Part shown: in pieces, positions 1 to 10,897 of the stretch
Layout: each line of letters opens with the position of its first letter
How positions within the stretch are numbered: the stretch's first letter is position 1
Assembly (NCBI GenBank): GCA_050298055.1
Contig: JBNKTL010000022.1
Span: forward strand, 1-64,000
DNA from: Spirochaetota bacterium
GTDB lineage: Bacteria > Spirochaetota > UBA4802 > UBA5550
DNA length: 64,000 nucleotides
Direction of reading: 5' to 3'
Program-made: the position numbers and the translations under genes
The notes under the pieces: model-generated
What the model was told of the DNA's origin: nothing
Seen by the model: only the letters and a program-made list of their open reading frames with translations
The model's database searches: none

Positions 1-246
1 GCTTTTAATATTCTTTTTGTAGCAACAGAGAACATCACAGTTATCTATAAAGGCTTTCTGCTGGGAATCGTAACACTTCCCCTCCTTCATAACGCCAACC
101 GCTATGAGGATGTTCTTTTTCATATCAGTCTCAAAATTGAACTGCTGTTTATCTTTCAGACTCTGGGAAGCGAATGAGAGAATCAATGCAGCCAGAGCAG
201 ATATTATCGTAATAAAGATATAGGTATAGAGATTAGTTTGACGCAC
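1..246 (-). CDS. nqrC: Na+-translocating NADH:quinone reductase subunit C, 5' part (runs off window)
   Basis: Manual translation from GTG at 246: MRQTNLYTYIFITIISALAALILSFASQSLKDKQQFNFETDMKKNILIAVGV, matching the NqrC N-terminal helix and L..KQ..N...D..KNIL pattern; overlaps the nqrB stop. Confidence 0.85.
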   Translation of the reverse strand, partial: MRQTNLYTYIFITIISALAALILSFASQSLKDKQQFNFETDMKKNILIAVGVMKEGKCYDSQQKAFIDNCDVLCCYKKNIKS

Positions 247-1378
247 GGCTCAGCCTCCTCTTTATGTTTCGGGATACCAGAATATTATCAATTAGAGGCG
301 CAAAAGCATTCATGAATAATATTGCCAGCATCATGCCCTCCGGGTAAGCAGGGTTAAGCCCCCTGACCATGACTGCGAGGAATCCTATAAAGAATCCATA
401 TATATACTTGCCTGCATTTGTCTGGGAGGCGGATACCGGGTCAGTTGCCATAAAAACGGCGCCGAACGCAAACCCGCCCATGACCAGGTGATAATAAGGG
501 GGAAGCGCAAGGAAGCTCGCTGGGTCCGGTGCGAGGGTGTTGAGGATGATCCCCATGACCAGCCCGCCGGCTATAACAGATAAGATTATTCTCCAGCTGG
601 CAACACCTGTTATAAGGAGGAAAATGCCCCCGGCAAAAATCAGGAGGGCCGACGTCTCACCGGTACATCCCGGAACTGTTCCCACGAACATGTTCCAGAA
701 CGTATAGCCTTTTGATGCAAGGTAATCAACGACACTGCCCCCGGTGGCTCCCATTGCCGCTGCAAGAGGCGTTGCCTTCGTATAAGAATCCACAACCTTG
801 TCCCCGAATACGGCCCATACCTTGTTACCGGAGATTGCTGCGGGATACGCGAAAAAGAGAAAGGCCCGTGTAACCAGTGCGGGATTGAAGATATTCATTC
901 CCGTGCCGCCGAAAAGCTCCTTTCCAACCACAACACCGAATGTAACGGCAACTGCGACCTGCCAGAGTGGGATTGTTGGAGGTACGATCATCGGGACAAG
1001 CCATCCCGTTACAAGGAGGCCTTCATTGACCTCTTCCTGACGAACAACCGCAAAGAGAACTTCCCAGAATCCACCCACTGCATACGAAACAATCAGGATA
1101 GGAACCATATAGGTAGCACCTTTCAAGATATATTCCATGGTAGACCCGGTCATTCCCTGGGAAATATAGTGCTGATAACCTGCATTGTACATTCCAAAAA
1201 CAAACGCGGGGAATGCGGCAATGATAACAAACATCATCAGCCTTTTAATGTCAAAATTATCTCTGATATGGGCGCCTTTCTTTGTTCTGGCCGATGTAAC
1301 GAACAACAGGGTCTCCATCATTTCGTAAACCGGATAAAACCTTTCGAACTTGCCGCCCTTTTCAAACAGTTTTTTCAT
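233..1378 (-). CDS. nqrB: Na+-NQR subunit B
   Basis: HIRD..D.KR.M, VNEG..VT, KE.FGGTG.N.FNPAL, FMN-carrying T.ATPL, FMATDPVSA, AYPEGMMLAIL motifs; follows nqrA. Confidence 0.95.
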   Translation of the reverse strand: MKKLFEKGGKFERFYPVYEMMETLLFVTSARTKKGAHIRDNFDIKRLMMFVIIAAFPAFVFGMYNAGYQHYISQGMTGSTMEYILKGATYMVPILIVSYAVGGFWEVLFAVVRQEEVNEGLLVTGWLVPMIVPPTIPLWQVAVAVTFGVVVGKELFGGTGMNIFNPALVTRAFLFFAYPAAISGNKVWAVFGDKVVDSYTKATPLAAAMGATGGSVVDYLASKGYTFWNMFVGTVPGCTGETSALLIFAGGIFLLITGVASWRIILSVIAGGLVMGIILNTLAPDPASFLALPPYYHLVMGGFAFGAVFMATDPVSASQTNAGKYIYGFFIGFLAVMVRGLNPAYPEGMMLAILFMNAFAPLIDNILVSRNIKRRLSRASN

Positions 1379-1462
1379 AATTTAAATACCACCTGAATTA
1401 TCTGCTAAATCTGAAAGTCTCTCAATATATATTCACTTTAGAATTTATATTGACTCTATCTC

Positions 1463-2845
1463 TTAACCTTCGGTCTCAATCAGACGAAGACCCTGTCTCA
1501 ATATCTCCTGGATATTGTTCTTTGATGGATCAATATATTCACAGAGAGCGAAATCCTCTTCCGCGACCTCGTATATTCCCAGACCCTCCATCTCCTCTAT
1601 ATCTCCTACAATTATGCTCTTGAGAAGATACACTGGCAATATGTCCATGGGAAGAACATCTTCGTATATCCCGGAAGCAATAAAGGGTCTGTGTCCGCCG
1701 TTAAGAGCAGTGGTCTGCACAAATTTTCCCGATCCGAAAAGCGATGAAAGAAAAGTCCTGGATGCGCTTGCCTTGTCCGCTCCCGGTCTTATCCATCCAA
1801 GAAACTCATAGTGCTGTCTCTCGGGAATAATTGTAAGCAGATTATCATAATATCCGATAAATCCATCGTGATCAATATGCTTACCGGTAAGAACATCACC
1901 GGATATATGTCTGACAGCCTTGTCAAACTCTGCCATTTCTTCATAATGATCCGGATAATCGCTTCCGTGATAGCAGTTTGAAGCAGTCGAACCGAGAAGC
2001 GTTCTGTAATACTTTCTGCTGCTTGCCATTGAGCCGGCAACTCCTACTGTAACGGTAAAATCCAGTTTCCCGGTGGAGAACAACCTTCCGATAAGGATGA
2101 CTCCCTGCGGCGAACATGTCCAGACAATATCATCCCTGTTCTTTATGGGAGAAATATGGTGTATCTGGACACCGACGTTTCCTGCGGGATGAGGTCCTGA
2201 AAACTTATGGAGTTCAACACCTTTGGCATTGAGGAATGTTTTTGAAACATCGTCCCTGTTTCCGTCAATTGTAAGGTGAACATTTCCCTTGGTAAGTTTT
2301 TTCAGGATGTTTAATCCGGACTGGAAATCCTTTTCATATCCATCTACTATTACATTGGGATCCGCGGCCAGAGGCGCCGTGTTCATGGTGGATATAAAGA
2401 TGTCCCTGGGTGTGTCATCGGGATTTGCTATCCTGGCAAAAGGCCTCTGAATAAAAAAAGGGAAAAGACCGTATGTGAGGAGTGCCTCAATTATCTTTTC
2501 CCTTTTTTGAGCAGATCCCGTGGGGATCGTAATTCTCTCCGATGTCATCCTGCCATCAGTCTCAATGATTACTTCCCGGATGGCTCTTCGGGCACCCCGT
2601 GTTATCTCTTTGACTTTGCCGCTTGCAGGCGCAGTAAACCTGATCCTTTCATCCCGCTTCGCGTAAAAGAGAGGGGTCCCCACTTTGACCTTATCACCCT
2701 CTTTCACCAGCAGCTTTGCTTTAAGATCAACAAAATCCGAGGGCTTAAGGGCAACCATTTTCGGATGAGGGGAATCAAGAATTTCTCTGTCGATCTCCCC
2801 TACTAACTTAATGTCATAACCGCGTTTTAAATTAATCTCTGCCAT
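1463..2845 (-). CDS. nqrA: Na+-NQR subunit A
   Basis: LK+G.DI.L.G N-terminus, FTAPASG, RPF, GPHPAGNVG, EEDFALCEY.DPSK motifs. Confidence 0.95.
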   Translation of the reverse strand: MAEINLKRGYDIKLVGEIDREILDSPHPKMVALKPSDFVDLKAKLLVKEGDKVKVGTPLFYAKRDERIRFTAPASGKVKEITRGARRAIREVIIETDGRMTSERITIPTGSAQKREKIIEALLTYGLFPFFIQRPFARIANPDDTPRDIFISTMNTAPLAADPNVIVDGYEKDFQSGLNILKKLTKGNVHLTIDGNRDDVSKTFLNAKGVELHKFSGPHPAGNVGVQIHHISPIKNRDDIVWTCSPQGVILIGRLFSTGKLDFTVTVGVAGSMASSRKYYRTLLGSTASNCYHGSDYPDHYEEMAEFDKAVRHISGDVLTGKHIDHDGFIGYYDNLLTIIPERQHYEFLGWIRPGADKASASRTFLSSLFGSGKFVQTTALNGGHRPFIASGIYEDVLPMDILPVYLLKSIIVGDIEEMEGLGIYEVAEEDFALCEYIDPSKNNIQEILRQGLRLIETEG

Positions 2846-2919
2846 AAGATCTCACACTATAAAATAATTTTTTATGAGTACCATCCTGTATTCTCATGGT
2901 ACCAGGGGAGAAAGCAGCA

Positions 2920-3126
2920 TTACGAAACCGCAGTCTCCGATTTTTTCAACGAGCTTATATTCCCTGATCTCTGCTCACAAAGTGAGCATCCAGAAGGGTC
3001 ACAACCTTTATCCCCGGAGCAACCGGCTCCATTAATATTCTCCTCACCCCTGACCAGCATTTTCAGGACAAGTGCGACCGAAAAAAAGATGAAAATGAAA
3101 AGGGAGAGAATAAATATTTTCAGCAT
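2920..3126 (-). CDS. Small membrane protein with four-Cys tail, NqrM-like candidate
   Basis: 68 aa, one TM helix then GAGCSGDKGCDPSGCSLC; directly upstream of nqrA on the same strand. Confidence 0.55.
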   Translation of the reverse strand: MLKIFILSLFIFIFFSVALVLKMLVRGEENINGAGCSGDKGCDPSGCSLCEQRSGNISSLKKSETAVS

Positions 3127-3284
3127 ATCAGTGTGTATTGTGTTTATTGTGGCTATTTTTTATTTATTAAATTATCCAAATCTGAGTCAATCCTATTAAC
3201 GGGCAATATTATGTCAAATATATATTCAGGTTTTTAATAATTGTCAAAATATTTCTTATAATGAAGAAGATAATGACTTATCCG

Positions 3285-5114
3285 TCAGAGTGTCTCTCTG
3301 ATTGTGTTAATGAGAGTGTGGCGTTCAACCGGTTTTACCAGGTAACCGCCGGGATTTGTTCCCTTTGCCCTCTCCTTTATGCTTTCATCAGAGTACGCAG
3401 TCAGATAGATAAAGGGAATATTATATTTCGACCTGATCTGTTTCATTGTATCAATCCCGTCAATATTCCCCTGGAGGATGATATCCATAACCATGAGATC
3501 AGGTTTTTCATTCATCACAGACTCTATGGCATCTTCACCCCTGGCAAAGATCCCGGTTACCGAAAATCCCTCCTGTTCCAGGATCTTCATAATAAAGGAA
3601 GCAGTAATCAGTTCATCTTCTACAATGATTATTTTCCTGCCCGTATTACTGCTGTTATTGACGGTTTTATTCTTCTTTAGATTCTCTTTACTGCTTTTTT
3701 TTTGCTGATGTCCGAAAATGATGTTCGCGGTAACACCATTATCAGAATTCATACTGAGAGAACCACCGAGCTGTTTTACAAGGTCTTCTATCAGATGGAG
3801 CCCGAAACTCCTGGTACTTGACATATTGATATCTACAGGGAACCCCCTGCCGTTATCAGAGACTTTTAGCTGAAAGATATCCCCGGCATTATGGATGAAG
3901 TCGATTCTAATCGTATTATCATTTCTTCCGGGAAAAGCATGCTTTATTGAATTTGAGACAAGCTCGTAGATTATGATCCCGCAGGGTATTGCCATATCTA
4001 TGGCAACAGGTACGCTGTCGATATTCAGGAAAAACCTGATGTCTCCCGGGTTGAGGTTATATATCTCTTTCAGTTCGTTGATAAAGTTGCTCACATACTC
4101 TTTAAAATTTATATGGGAAAGATCATAGGTCTTATAGAGTTTATCGTGTACCATAGACATGGCAAGAAGCCTGTTGCTGTTGTCCATGAATACCTGCCTG
4201 TCTTTGTCATTGAGAATATATTCAGCCTGGAGATTCAGAAGGCTTGAAATGACCTGCATATTGTTCTTCACCCTGTGGTGGATCTCGCGGAGCATAACTT
4301 CTTTTTCAGCACGTGAACTCCTGATGGTTTTTTCCGCTTTATCCAGTTCAATTGAAGATAAGACAAAATACCTCATGACTGTAGACATGAAAAAAACAAG
4401 CATGATAGTAAGATTGAGTGAAAAACGCGAATAATATTCATCGGGAAAAAAATCATAATTCCTGCCGGTATAGATAAACAGTATATCAACAATTCCGCCA
4501 AACATCATAAGCAGGATACCCAGCGCGGGGAAAAAAAGCTGTTTCAACCGTGAATTGATAATAATATCGCTTATGATAGAGACAAGGCTGAATATAATAA
4601 GGAGACCTATTAAAACGTCCCTCACGGAATAGAGGATTCCCTCCTTCCCCCTTGTGAAATCAGCTTCGTATATAACCGATGTCTCCTTCGGTGTTGTAAT
4701 GGAAATGAAACTGTCAGGATAGATATATGCGGCTATGGTCATCAGGACCGCAATCACCAGGCCGGTATATGTTATCATTTCAGCTGTTTTCTTCCACCTG
4801 TCATTAAGTTGGAGAATATGGATAAGCATAAAAGGGAGAGCAAAGAGAAAATAAACACCGATGAGCTGTTCGATCCTGTGAAACTGCAGTCCCAGCGGCT
4901 GGTTCCTGAATACACTGCTGGATATGAGTATCATTGTTTCCGCAAAGGTAAAAATGAGAGCCAGCAGAGTAATAATCATAATGGACAAATAGACCTTCAG
5001 CCTGTATGAGTACCACATATAGAAGTAGAGAGAGAAACCGCCAAGCAGTATACCGAAGGAAACAGAGGGGATCAGAAACTGTATTGCAGTAATGTCCTGT
5101 TGAAATTCAATCAA
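3285..5114 (-). CDS. Membrane hybrid histidine kinase (HisKA_2 type) with C-terminal receiver domain
   Basis: About 7 TM helices, REIHHRVKNNMQ H-box, ELVSNSIKHAF, DNGRG, C-terminal IIIVEDE...MDI...KP. Confidence 0.9.
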   Translation of the reverse strand: MIEFQQDITAIQFLIPSVSFGILLGGFSLYFYMWYSYRLKVYLSIMIITLLALIFTFAETMILISSSVFRNQPLGLQFHRIEQLIGVYFLFALPFMLIHILQLNDRWKKTAEMITYTGLVIAVLMTIAAYIYPDSFISITTPKETSVIYEADFTRGKEGILYSVRDVLIGLLIIFSLVSIISDIIINSRLKQLFFPALGILLMMFGGIVDILFIYTGRNYDFFPDEYYSRFSLNLTIMLVFFMSTVMRYFVLSSIELDKAEKTIRSSRAEKEVMLREIHHRVKNNMQVISSLLNLQAEYILNDKDRQVFMDNSNRLLAMSMVHDKLYKTYDLSHINFKEYVSNFINELKEIYNLNPGDIRFFLNIDSVPVAIDMAIPCGIIIYELVSNSIKHAFPGRNDNTIRIDFIHNAGDIFQLKVSDNGRGFPVDINMSSTRSFGLHLIEDLVKQLGGSLSMNSDNGVTANIIFGHQQKKSSKENLKKNKTVNNSSNTGRKIIIVEDELITASFIMKILEQEGFSVTGIFARGEDAIESVMNEKPDLMVMDIILQGNIDGIDTMKQIRSKYNIPFIYLTAYSDESIKERAKGTNPGGYLVKPVERHTLINTIRETL

Positions 5115-5237
5115 TTGTTTATATAATATAATTTAATTTATGAGTAAATGTATTAAATTAAGTATACCCTGTTATTTAAATATTGTCAATAATTATAGTC
5201 TATGCTCCAATAAAAGATCAATTGTCATGAATCAATA

Positions 5238-5269
5238 CAATAGGCACGGGTTTAAACCCGTGCCTATTG
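5238..5269. repeat. Perfect 32-bp palindrome with GTTTAAAC core (REP-like or terminator)
   Basis: CAATAGGCACGGGTTT/AAACCCGTGCCTATTG, just downstream of the TPR gene; related to 55003-55030. Confidence 0.7.
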
Positions 5270-5285
5270 ATTCGTTGCGATTAAT

Positions 5286-5873
5286 TTATTGGATCCACCC
5301 GTCCCCTTTCTTCATATGAGAGGGGATACCATTGGTTATTGGCCCTGTCCTTACATCATTAATAAACTTTCTCAGGTTTGCAGCTTCGGGATGGCGCGGA
5401 TTGATCTTCAGCATCTCCTCCCATGCGTCTGCGGCTTTTATCATGTTTTTTTTGTCGTGATAGTAGACAATACCAAGGTTGTACCTTGACTGAACATGCC
5501 GGGGATTGCTCCTGGCAGCCGTCCGAAAAGCCTCTATAGCTTCATCGAACTTTCCCATCCTCCTGTACATGACGCCCATATCTGTCCTGACATTTGAGTC
5601 ATGGGGACTCAGCTTCAGGGCCCGTTGATACATCTCTACGGCCTTGCCGGGCCGGTTCGTATCAAAGTAGTGATTACCCAGATTAATGAGTGCGGCCAGG
5701 TTCTTCGGGTCCTGCTCCAGCAGACTGAGGTACCGGCTCTCTTCACCGGACGTTCCGCTTCCCAGGAGGCTCTCCTGTTCCTTTATTACATTATATACCT
5801 GTTTTTTCTCTTCCTTCTGGCAACCGGCGGCAAAAAGAACCGCCGATACCAGTAAATTTATACATAGTCTCAT
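5286..5873 (-). CDS. TPR-repeat lipoprotein
   Basis: Lipobox LFAAGC, 3-4 TPR units (LGNHYFD, MGVMYRR, LGIVYYH); 16 bp downstream of fdhA. Confidence 0.85.
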   Translation of the reverse strand: MRLCINLLVSAVLFAAGCQKEEKKQVYNVIKEQESLLGSGTSGEESRYLSLLEQDPKNLAALINLGNHYFDTNRPGKAVEMYQRALKLSPHDSNVRTDMGVMYRRMGKFDEAIEAFRTAARSNPRHVQSRYNLGIVYYHDKKNMIKAADAWEEMLKINPRHPEAANLRKFINDVRTGPITNGIPSHMKKGDGWIQ

Positions 5874-5889
5874 ATAACCGAATTCTCTC

Positions 5890-8556
5890 TCAGAGCTTAT
5901 CTATTCTCACTGCCGCAACCTTTGTCTCCGGTATTTTTGCCACCGGGTCAAGGGCCGGATTTGTTATATCATTGGTGGGGATCTCATGGAAGTGAAAAGT
6001 CATGGATACCACTCCCGGGGGACAGATATCTGTTGTTTTAACCTTAACATCCAGTTTGCCCCTTCTCGAGGATATCTTGACAATCTCTTCGTCCGAAATA
6101 CCCAGTTTTCCCGCATCTTCCGGGTTGATCTTCAGGACCTCCTCACTGTTCATCTCCTCCAGTCCCCTGACCTGCCGGGTCATGGTACTTGTGTGGAAAT
6201 GAAAGATACTCCTGTCAGTGGTCAGGATAAAAGGATACTCCTTGTCCGGGACCTCGGCACTCTCCCTGTACTCCAGGGCTACAAAATTCCCGAGCCCCCG
6301 GGGGAACTTCTCCGTATGAAGTATGGGTGTTCCGGGATGGTCCCCTGACGGACAGGGCCACTGGAGACCCTGCTCCTTAATCCTCTCGTAGCTTATCCCC
6401 GCATAACTGGGAGTGAGCGATCTTATCTCTTCGAATATCTCCTCCGGGCTTTCATAGTCAAAGCCCTTACCTCCCGTTCTCTTTGCTATCTCGGAGCTGA
6501 TCCACCAGTCCTGTTTTGCTTCACCGGGAGGATCCAGGGCCTTGTACATCCTCTGGACACGGCGCTCGGTATTTGTCACGGTTCCGTCTTTCTCCGCAAA
6601 TGCGGCCCCCGGGAGGACAACATCGGCAAGCTGCGCCGTTTCGGTGAGGAAGATATCCTGCACAACCATAAAGTCCATCTTTTTAATGGCTTCACGGGCG
6701 TGATGGGCATTGGCCTCGCTGAGGATGGGGTTCTCTCCCACAACGTAGAGTCCTTTGATATTCCCCTTGTGGGCCTCGTCAAAGATAACGGTGTGTGTGA
6801 GCCCCACCCTGCCGTCCAGCTTTACACCCCACGCTTCCTCAAATTTTTTCTGCGCGTCGGGATTGTCCACCCTCTGGTACCCGGGATAGACATCGGGAAG
6901 ACCGCCAACGTCACATGCCCCCTGCACATTGTTCTGTCCCCTCAGGGGATTGACCCCCGCCCCCGGTTTCCCGATATTTCCGGTGAGCATGGCCAGGTTC
7001 GCGGTTGCCATAACATTGTCCGTGCCGTGGGAGTGCTGGGTAATACCCATGGCGTATATGATGGCCGCGGGACTGTTCTCCGCGTACATCCTTGCCGCTG
7101 CCGCGATCTTTTCTCCCGGCACGCCGGTTATCTTTTCAACCTTGTCCAGGGTGAAGTCTTTCAGTGATTTCTTCAGTTTGTCAAAGTTTTCGGTTCTCTC
7201 TTTAATAAATGTTTCATCCTGGAGGTTCTCATCCAGAATGACCTTCATCATCCCCATAAGAAGGGCAACATCGGTACCGGGCTTATGCTGGATAAAAATA
7301 TCAGCATGCTCAGTAAGCCGGATATTTTTGGGGTTCGCCACAATCAGCTTCGCGCCGTTTTTTACCGCTGCTTTTACGTTGACGGCAAAGACAGGATGAG
7401 CCGCGGTTGTATTGGAACCGATTGAGAATATACAGGAAGATTCCCTTATATCATTTACATTGTTTGTCATGGCACCGCTGCCGAAGGAAGTGACCAGACC
7501 GGCCACAGTAGGAGCGTGTCATAAGCGCGCGCAGTGATCAACACTGTTGGTGCCCATCACCGCCCGGGTAAACTTCTGTATAAGATAGTTTTCTTCATTG
7601 GTACACTTTGCCGACGCAAATGTGGCAAACTCTCCCTTCTTATAGCTCCTGAACTTTTCGGCCACCAGGTCAAGGGCCTCGTCCCAGTCAGACTCAACCA
7701 GCTCACCGTTCTTTCTAATCAGGGGCCTGGTAAGCCTCTCCCCGCTGTTAACATATTCATAGCCGTAACGTCCCTTAACACAGAGGGAACCTTTGTTGAC
7801 CGGACTCTTTCTGTCGCCCCTCACGCTGACAATACTGTCCCCCCGGACACCGAGATAGATTCCGCACCCCACACCGCAGTAGGAGCAGATTGATTTGACC
7901 TCCCGGGCGGGTTCCTTCACATTCTTCGGCAGGAGGGCCCCCACCGGGCACCTGACCACGCACTCACCGCACGACTCACAGCGGGATTCCTTGATGGGCC
8001 TGTGCCCGAAGGTGCTGATCCTGGTATCGTATCCCCTGTTGGCATAGTCGATGGCAAAAATGTTCTGGATCTCGTCACATGTCCTGACACATATGCCGCA
8101 GTAGATGCACTTATTGGGGTCCCTGTCAAAAAAGGGATTGGACGTGTCCATCTCCTCATCCATTTCCGCGAAGCGGATTTCTCCCAGGTCTTCCGGCTTG
8201 AGATCGAGGTAGGAAGCCACTCTCTGGAGCTGGCAATCGTTCCCTTTTCCACAGGTCACACAGTCCGTTTTGTGGTTCGCGAAGATCAGCTCAACGGGGA
8301 CTTTTCTAATCCTGTTCAGCTCCTTGCCGTCGGTCTTGATCTTCATCCCCTCTTCTACCTGGGTCCTGCACGAGATCGTGGCACCCCGGCCCTCGATATC
8401 CACCATGCAGACCCTGCAGACCCCTGCGGGTTCAAGGTCCTGGTGATGGCAGAGATGGGGTATATAGATACCGTTTTCAAGGGCTGTTTCAAGAATAGTC
8501 CTCCCCTTGTCCGCGGTTACGGTCATTCCGTCAATTGTAAGTGTAACTTTTTCCAT
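5890..8556 (-). CDS. fdhA: Selenocysteine-containing cytoplasmic formate dehydrogenase alpha subunit with NuoG-like N-terminal Fe-S domains (888 aa, Sec346)
   Basis: ORFs 7519..8619 and 5890..7506 are one frame joined through TGA at 7519-7521: [27 protein letters not shown]. ATG at 8556 has a GGAGGAG RBS. 2Fe-2S, 2x4Fe-4S, CSYCGVGC and PLRGQNNVQG motifs present. Confidence 0.95.
7490..7506 (-). promoter_or_regulatory. Bacterial SECIS-like hairpin for the fdhA UGA
   Basis: On the minus strand, 12 nt after UGA: GTGGCC-GGTCT-GGTCAC, a 6-bp stem with a G-starting apical loop. Confidence 0.7.
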
Positions 8557-8561
8557 TATGA

Positions 8562-10445
8562 TTATACTCCTCCGATTTGTCCCGGAATCATGTTGATTGC
8601 ATTGAATTTTGGCGGGCATTTTTCAAAACATGCTCCGCAGAGTATGCATTTGCCCTGGTCGATCACATGTATCTGCTTTTTCGCACCGGTGACGGCATCT
8701 GCCGGGCAGACAGAGGCACAGATCCTGCATCCGGCACACTTCAGGGGATCGATATAGTAGGATATGAGCTCCCTGCAGACCTTTGAGGGACACTTCTTCT
8801 CGGTAATGTGCGCCTCATACTCCTTCCTGAAGTATCTCAGTGTGGAGAGTACCGGGTTGGGGGCAGTCTGCCCCAGTCCGCAGAGAGAAGTCCTCTTTAT
8901 GGAGTGTCCCAGCTCCTCAAGGAGGTCCAGGTCTTCCATCTTCCCCCTTCCCTGGGTAATATCGTTGAGAATGTCGAGCATCTGCTTTGTTCCCAGCCTG
9001 CAGGGAACGCATTTACCGCATGATTCCTTCTGGGTAAATTCCAGGAAGTACCTTGCAACATCAACCATGCAGTTGCCCTCATCCATAACAACCATACCGC
9101 CGGAGCCCATTATCGTTCCCGCGGCATTGAGGGAATCGTAATCAACAGGGATATCGAGCTTCTCGGCGGGAAGACATCCCCCCGAGGGCCCGCCGGTCTG
9201 TACGGCCTTGAACTCCTTGTCATCGAGGATACCGCCCCCGATATCGTATATCATCTCCCTCAGGGTAATCCCCATGGGGACCTCAACAAGCCCCGTGTTC
9301 TTTACCTTACCCACAAGCGCAAAGGTCTTTGTCCCTTTACTGGCCTCGGAACCTACCTCCCGGAACCAGTCCGAACCGTTCTGAAGGATGAGGGCAACCG
9401 AAGCCAGGGACTCCACGTTGTTTATGATGGTGGGCTTGCCCCAGAGCCCGGAAACAGCGGGAAAGGGAGGCCGGGGTCTCGGCATCCCCCTGTCCCCTTC
9501 AACGGAGGCGATCAGGGCCGTCTCTTCGCCGCATACGAAAGCGCCGGCCCCTTCCTTGATCTTCAGTTCGAAGTCAAATCCGGCCCCCATGATGTCCCCG
9601 CCGAGAAAACCCAGTTCTCTCGCCTGCCTCAGGGCAAGATCAAGCCTCTCAAGGGCCAGGGGATATTCAGCGCGGCAGTAGATATAACCTTTTGTTGCGC
9701 CAATTGCCCTTCCGGCTATTACCATACCCTCCACCAGGGCATGGGGATCGCCTTCAAGAAGCGAACGGTTCATGAAGGCGCCGGGATCTCCTTCATCGGC
9801 ATTACAGATGAGATACTTCTGGTCTCCCGGGGCATCGGAACAGAACTGCCACTTTCTCCATGTGGGGAAACCGGCACCGCCCCGTCCCCTGAGGCCCGAT
9901 TCTTTTATTTCATCAATAATTTCCCGGGGTGTCATACTCACGGCTTTTTTCAGGCCGCTGTATCCCCCGGTTGCTATGTAGTGGTTCACATTGCTGGGAT
10001 TGATATCGCCGCACCTCCTGGTTACCCTTCTAACCTGGGGTTTGTAGACATTGCTTTCATCAAGCCGGGGGATACCCTCCAGTGTTCCTTCACCTATGGT
10101 GCCAACAATGTACTCCTTTACCGGCTCGTTACCGGAGATATGCTTTTCGATGATCTCCTTTGTTTTTGCCACGTCGATATTGCTGTAGACAACAGTGGGC
10201 TGTGAAGGCTTTGATACGGTCACCAGGGGCTCAAGAAAACAGAGACCATTGCAGCCAACCTGTACCACTTCACTCTCTACATCCAGATAGGTCAGCTCGT
10301 TCTGAAATTCCCGGAGGGTCTCCATTGAGCCGGCGGAACGCCCGCAGGTTGCTGTTCCCACACTGATCACGGGCTTATCAACCGACTTGAGCTCTTTCCA
10401 CTCTTCTACCGCTTTTCCCATTATATCTTTAAATTTTTTGCTCAT
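8562..10445 (-). CDS. NuoF/HydB-like NAD(H)/FMN-binding subunit with C-terminal 2x[4Fe-4S]
   Basis: GLRGRGGAGFP, NADEGDPG, GAFVCGEETALI, ESCGKCVPCRLG; C-terminal CAGCRIC and CILCGAC; N-terminal thioredoxin-like Fe-S domain. Confidence 0.92.
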   Translation of the reverse strand: MSKKFKDIMGKAVEEWKELKSVDKPVISVGTATCGRSAGSMETLREFQNELTYLDVESEVVQVGCNGLCFLEPLVTVSKPSQPTVVYSNIDVAKTKEIIEKHISGNEPVKEYIVGTIGEGTLEGIPRLDESNVYKPQVRRVTRRCGDINPSNVNHYIATGGYSGLKKAVSMTPREIIDEIKESGLRGRGGAGFPTWRKWQFCSDAPGDQKYLICNADEGDPGAFMNRSLLEGDPHALVEGMVIAGRAIGATKGYIYCRAEYPLALERLDLALRQARELGFLGGDIMGAGFDFELKIKEGAGAFVCGEETALIASVEGDRGMPRPRPPFPAVSGLWGKPTIINNVESLASVALILQNGSDWFREVGSEASKGTKTFALVGKVKNTGLVEVPMGITLREMIYDIGGGILDDKEFKAVQTGGPSGGCLPAEKLDIPVDYDSLNAAGTIMGSGGMVVMDEGNCMVDVARYFLEFTQKESCGKCVPCRLGTKQMLDILNDITQGRGKMEDLDLLEELGHSIKRTSLCGLGQTAPNPVLSTLRYFRKEYEAHITEKKCPSKVCRELISYYIDPLKCAGCRICASVCPADAVTGAKKQIHVIDQGKCILCGACFEKCPPKFNAINMIPGQIGGV

Positions 10446-10897
10446 TTCTTGCTTCCCTTGCCAAAAAGATCGGCGACCTTTTTCGGCGTAAGCTTTGCCT
10501 CAACCTTCTTGTTCACCATAACACAGGGCGCGAGACTGCAGGCACCGATACAGGCAACTGACTCTAATGTATATTCAAGGTCGGGAGTGGTCCCTCCCTC
10601 CCTGACATTCAGTTGTGTTTCAAGCTCCTCCAGGATCCGGGGCGCGCCCCTCACGTGACATGCCGTCCCCCTGCAAACCATGACCAGGTTCTTCCCCATG
10701 GGGGTAAACCTGAACTGCGCGTAGAAGGTGGCCACAGCATAGACCTTGCTCTCCGATACACCTGTAAAACCGGCTATCAGTTCCATGGCTTCATCGGGAA
10801 GATAGCCCAGTTCGCCCTGAACTTCCTGTAATATAGGAATCAACTCCTCTTTGGTCCCTTTGTAGGACGAAAAGATCTCGTTAAGTCTGACCTTCAT
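10442..10897 (-). CDS. NuoE/HydC-like [2Fe-2S] subunit
   Basis: CRGTAC...CIGAC; ATGA overlap with the NuoF-like gene. Confidence 0.92.
   Translation of the reverse strand: MKVRLNEIFSSYKGTKEELIPILQEVQGELGYLPDEAMELIAGFTGVSESKVYAVATFYAQFRFTPMGKNLVMVCRGTACHVRGAPRILEELETQLNVREGGTTPDLEYTLESVACIGACSLAPCVMVNKKVEAKLTPKKVADLFGKGSKK

Noticed and set aside
8562..10897. Respiratory complex I nuoEF
   Set aside because: No other nuo genes; they are co-transcribed with fdhA and carry extra Fe-S domains typical of soluble diaphorase modules
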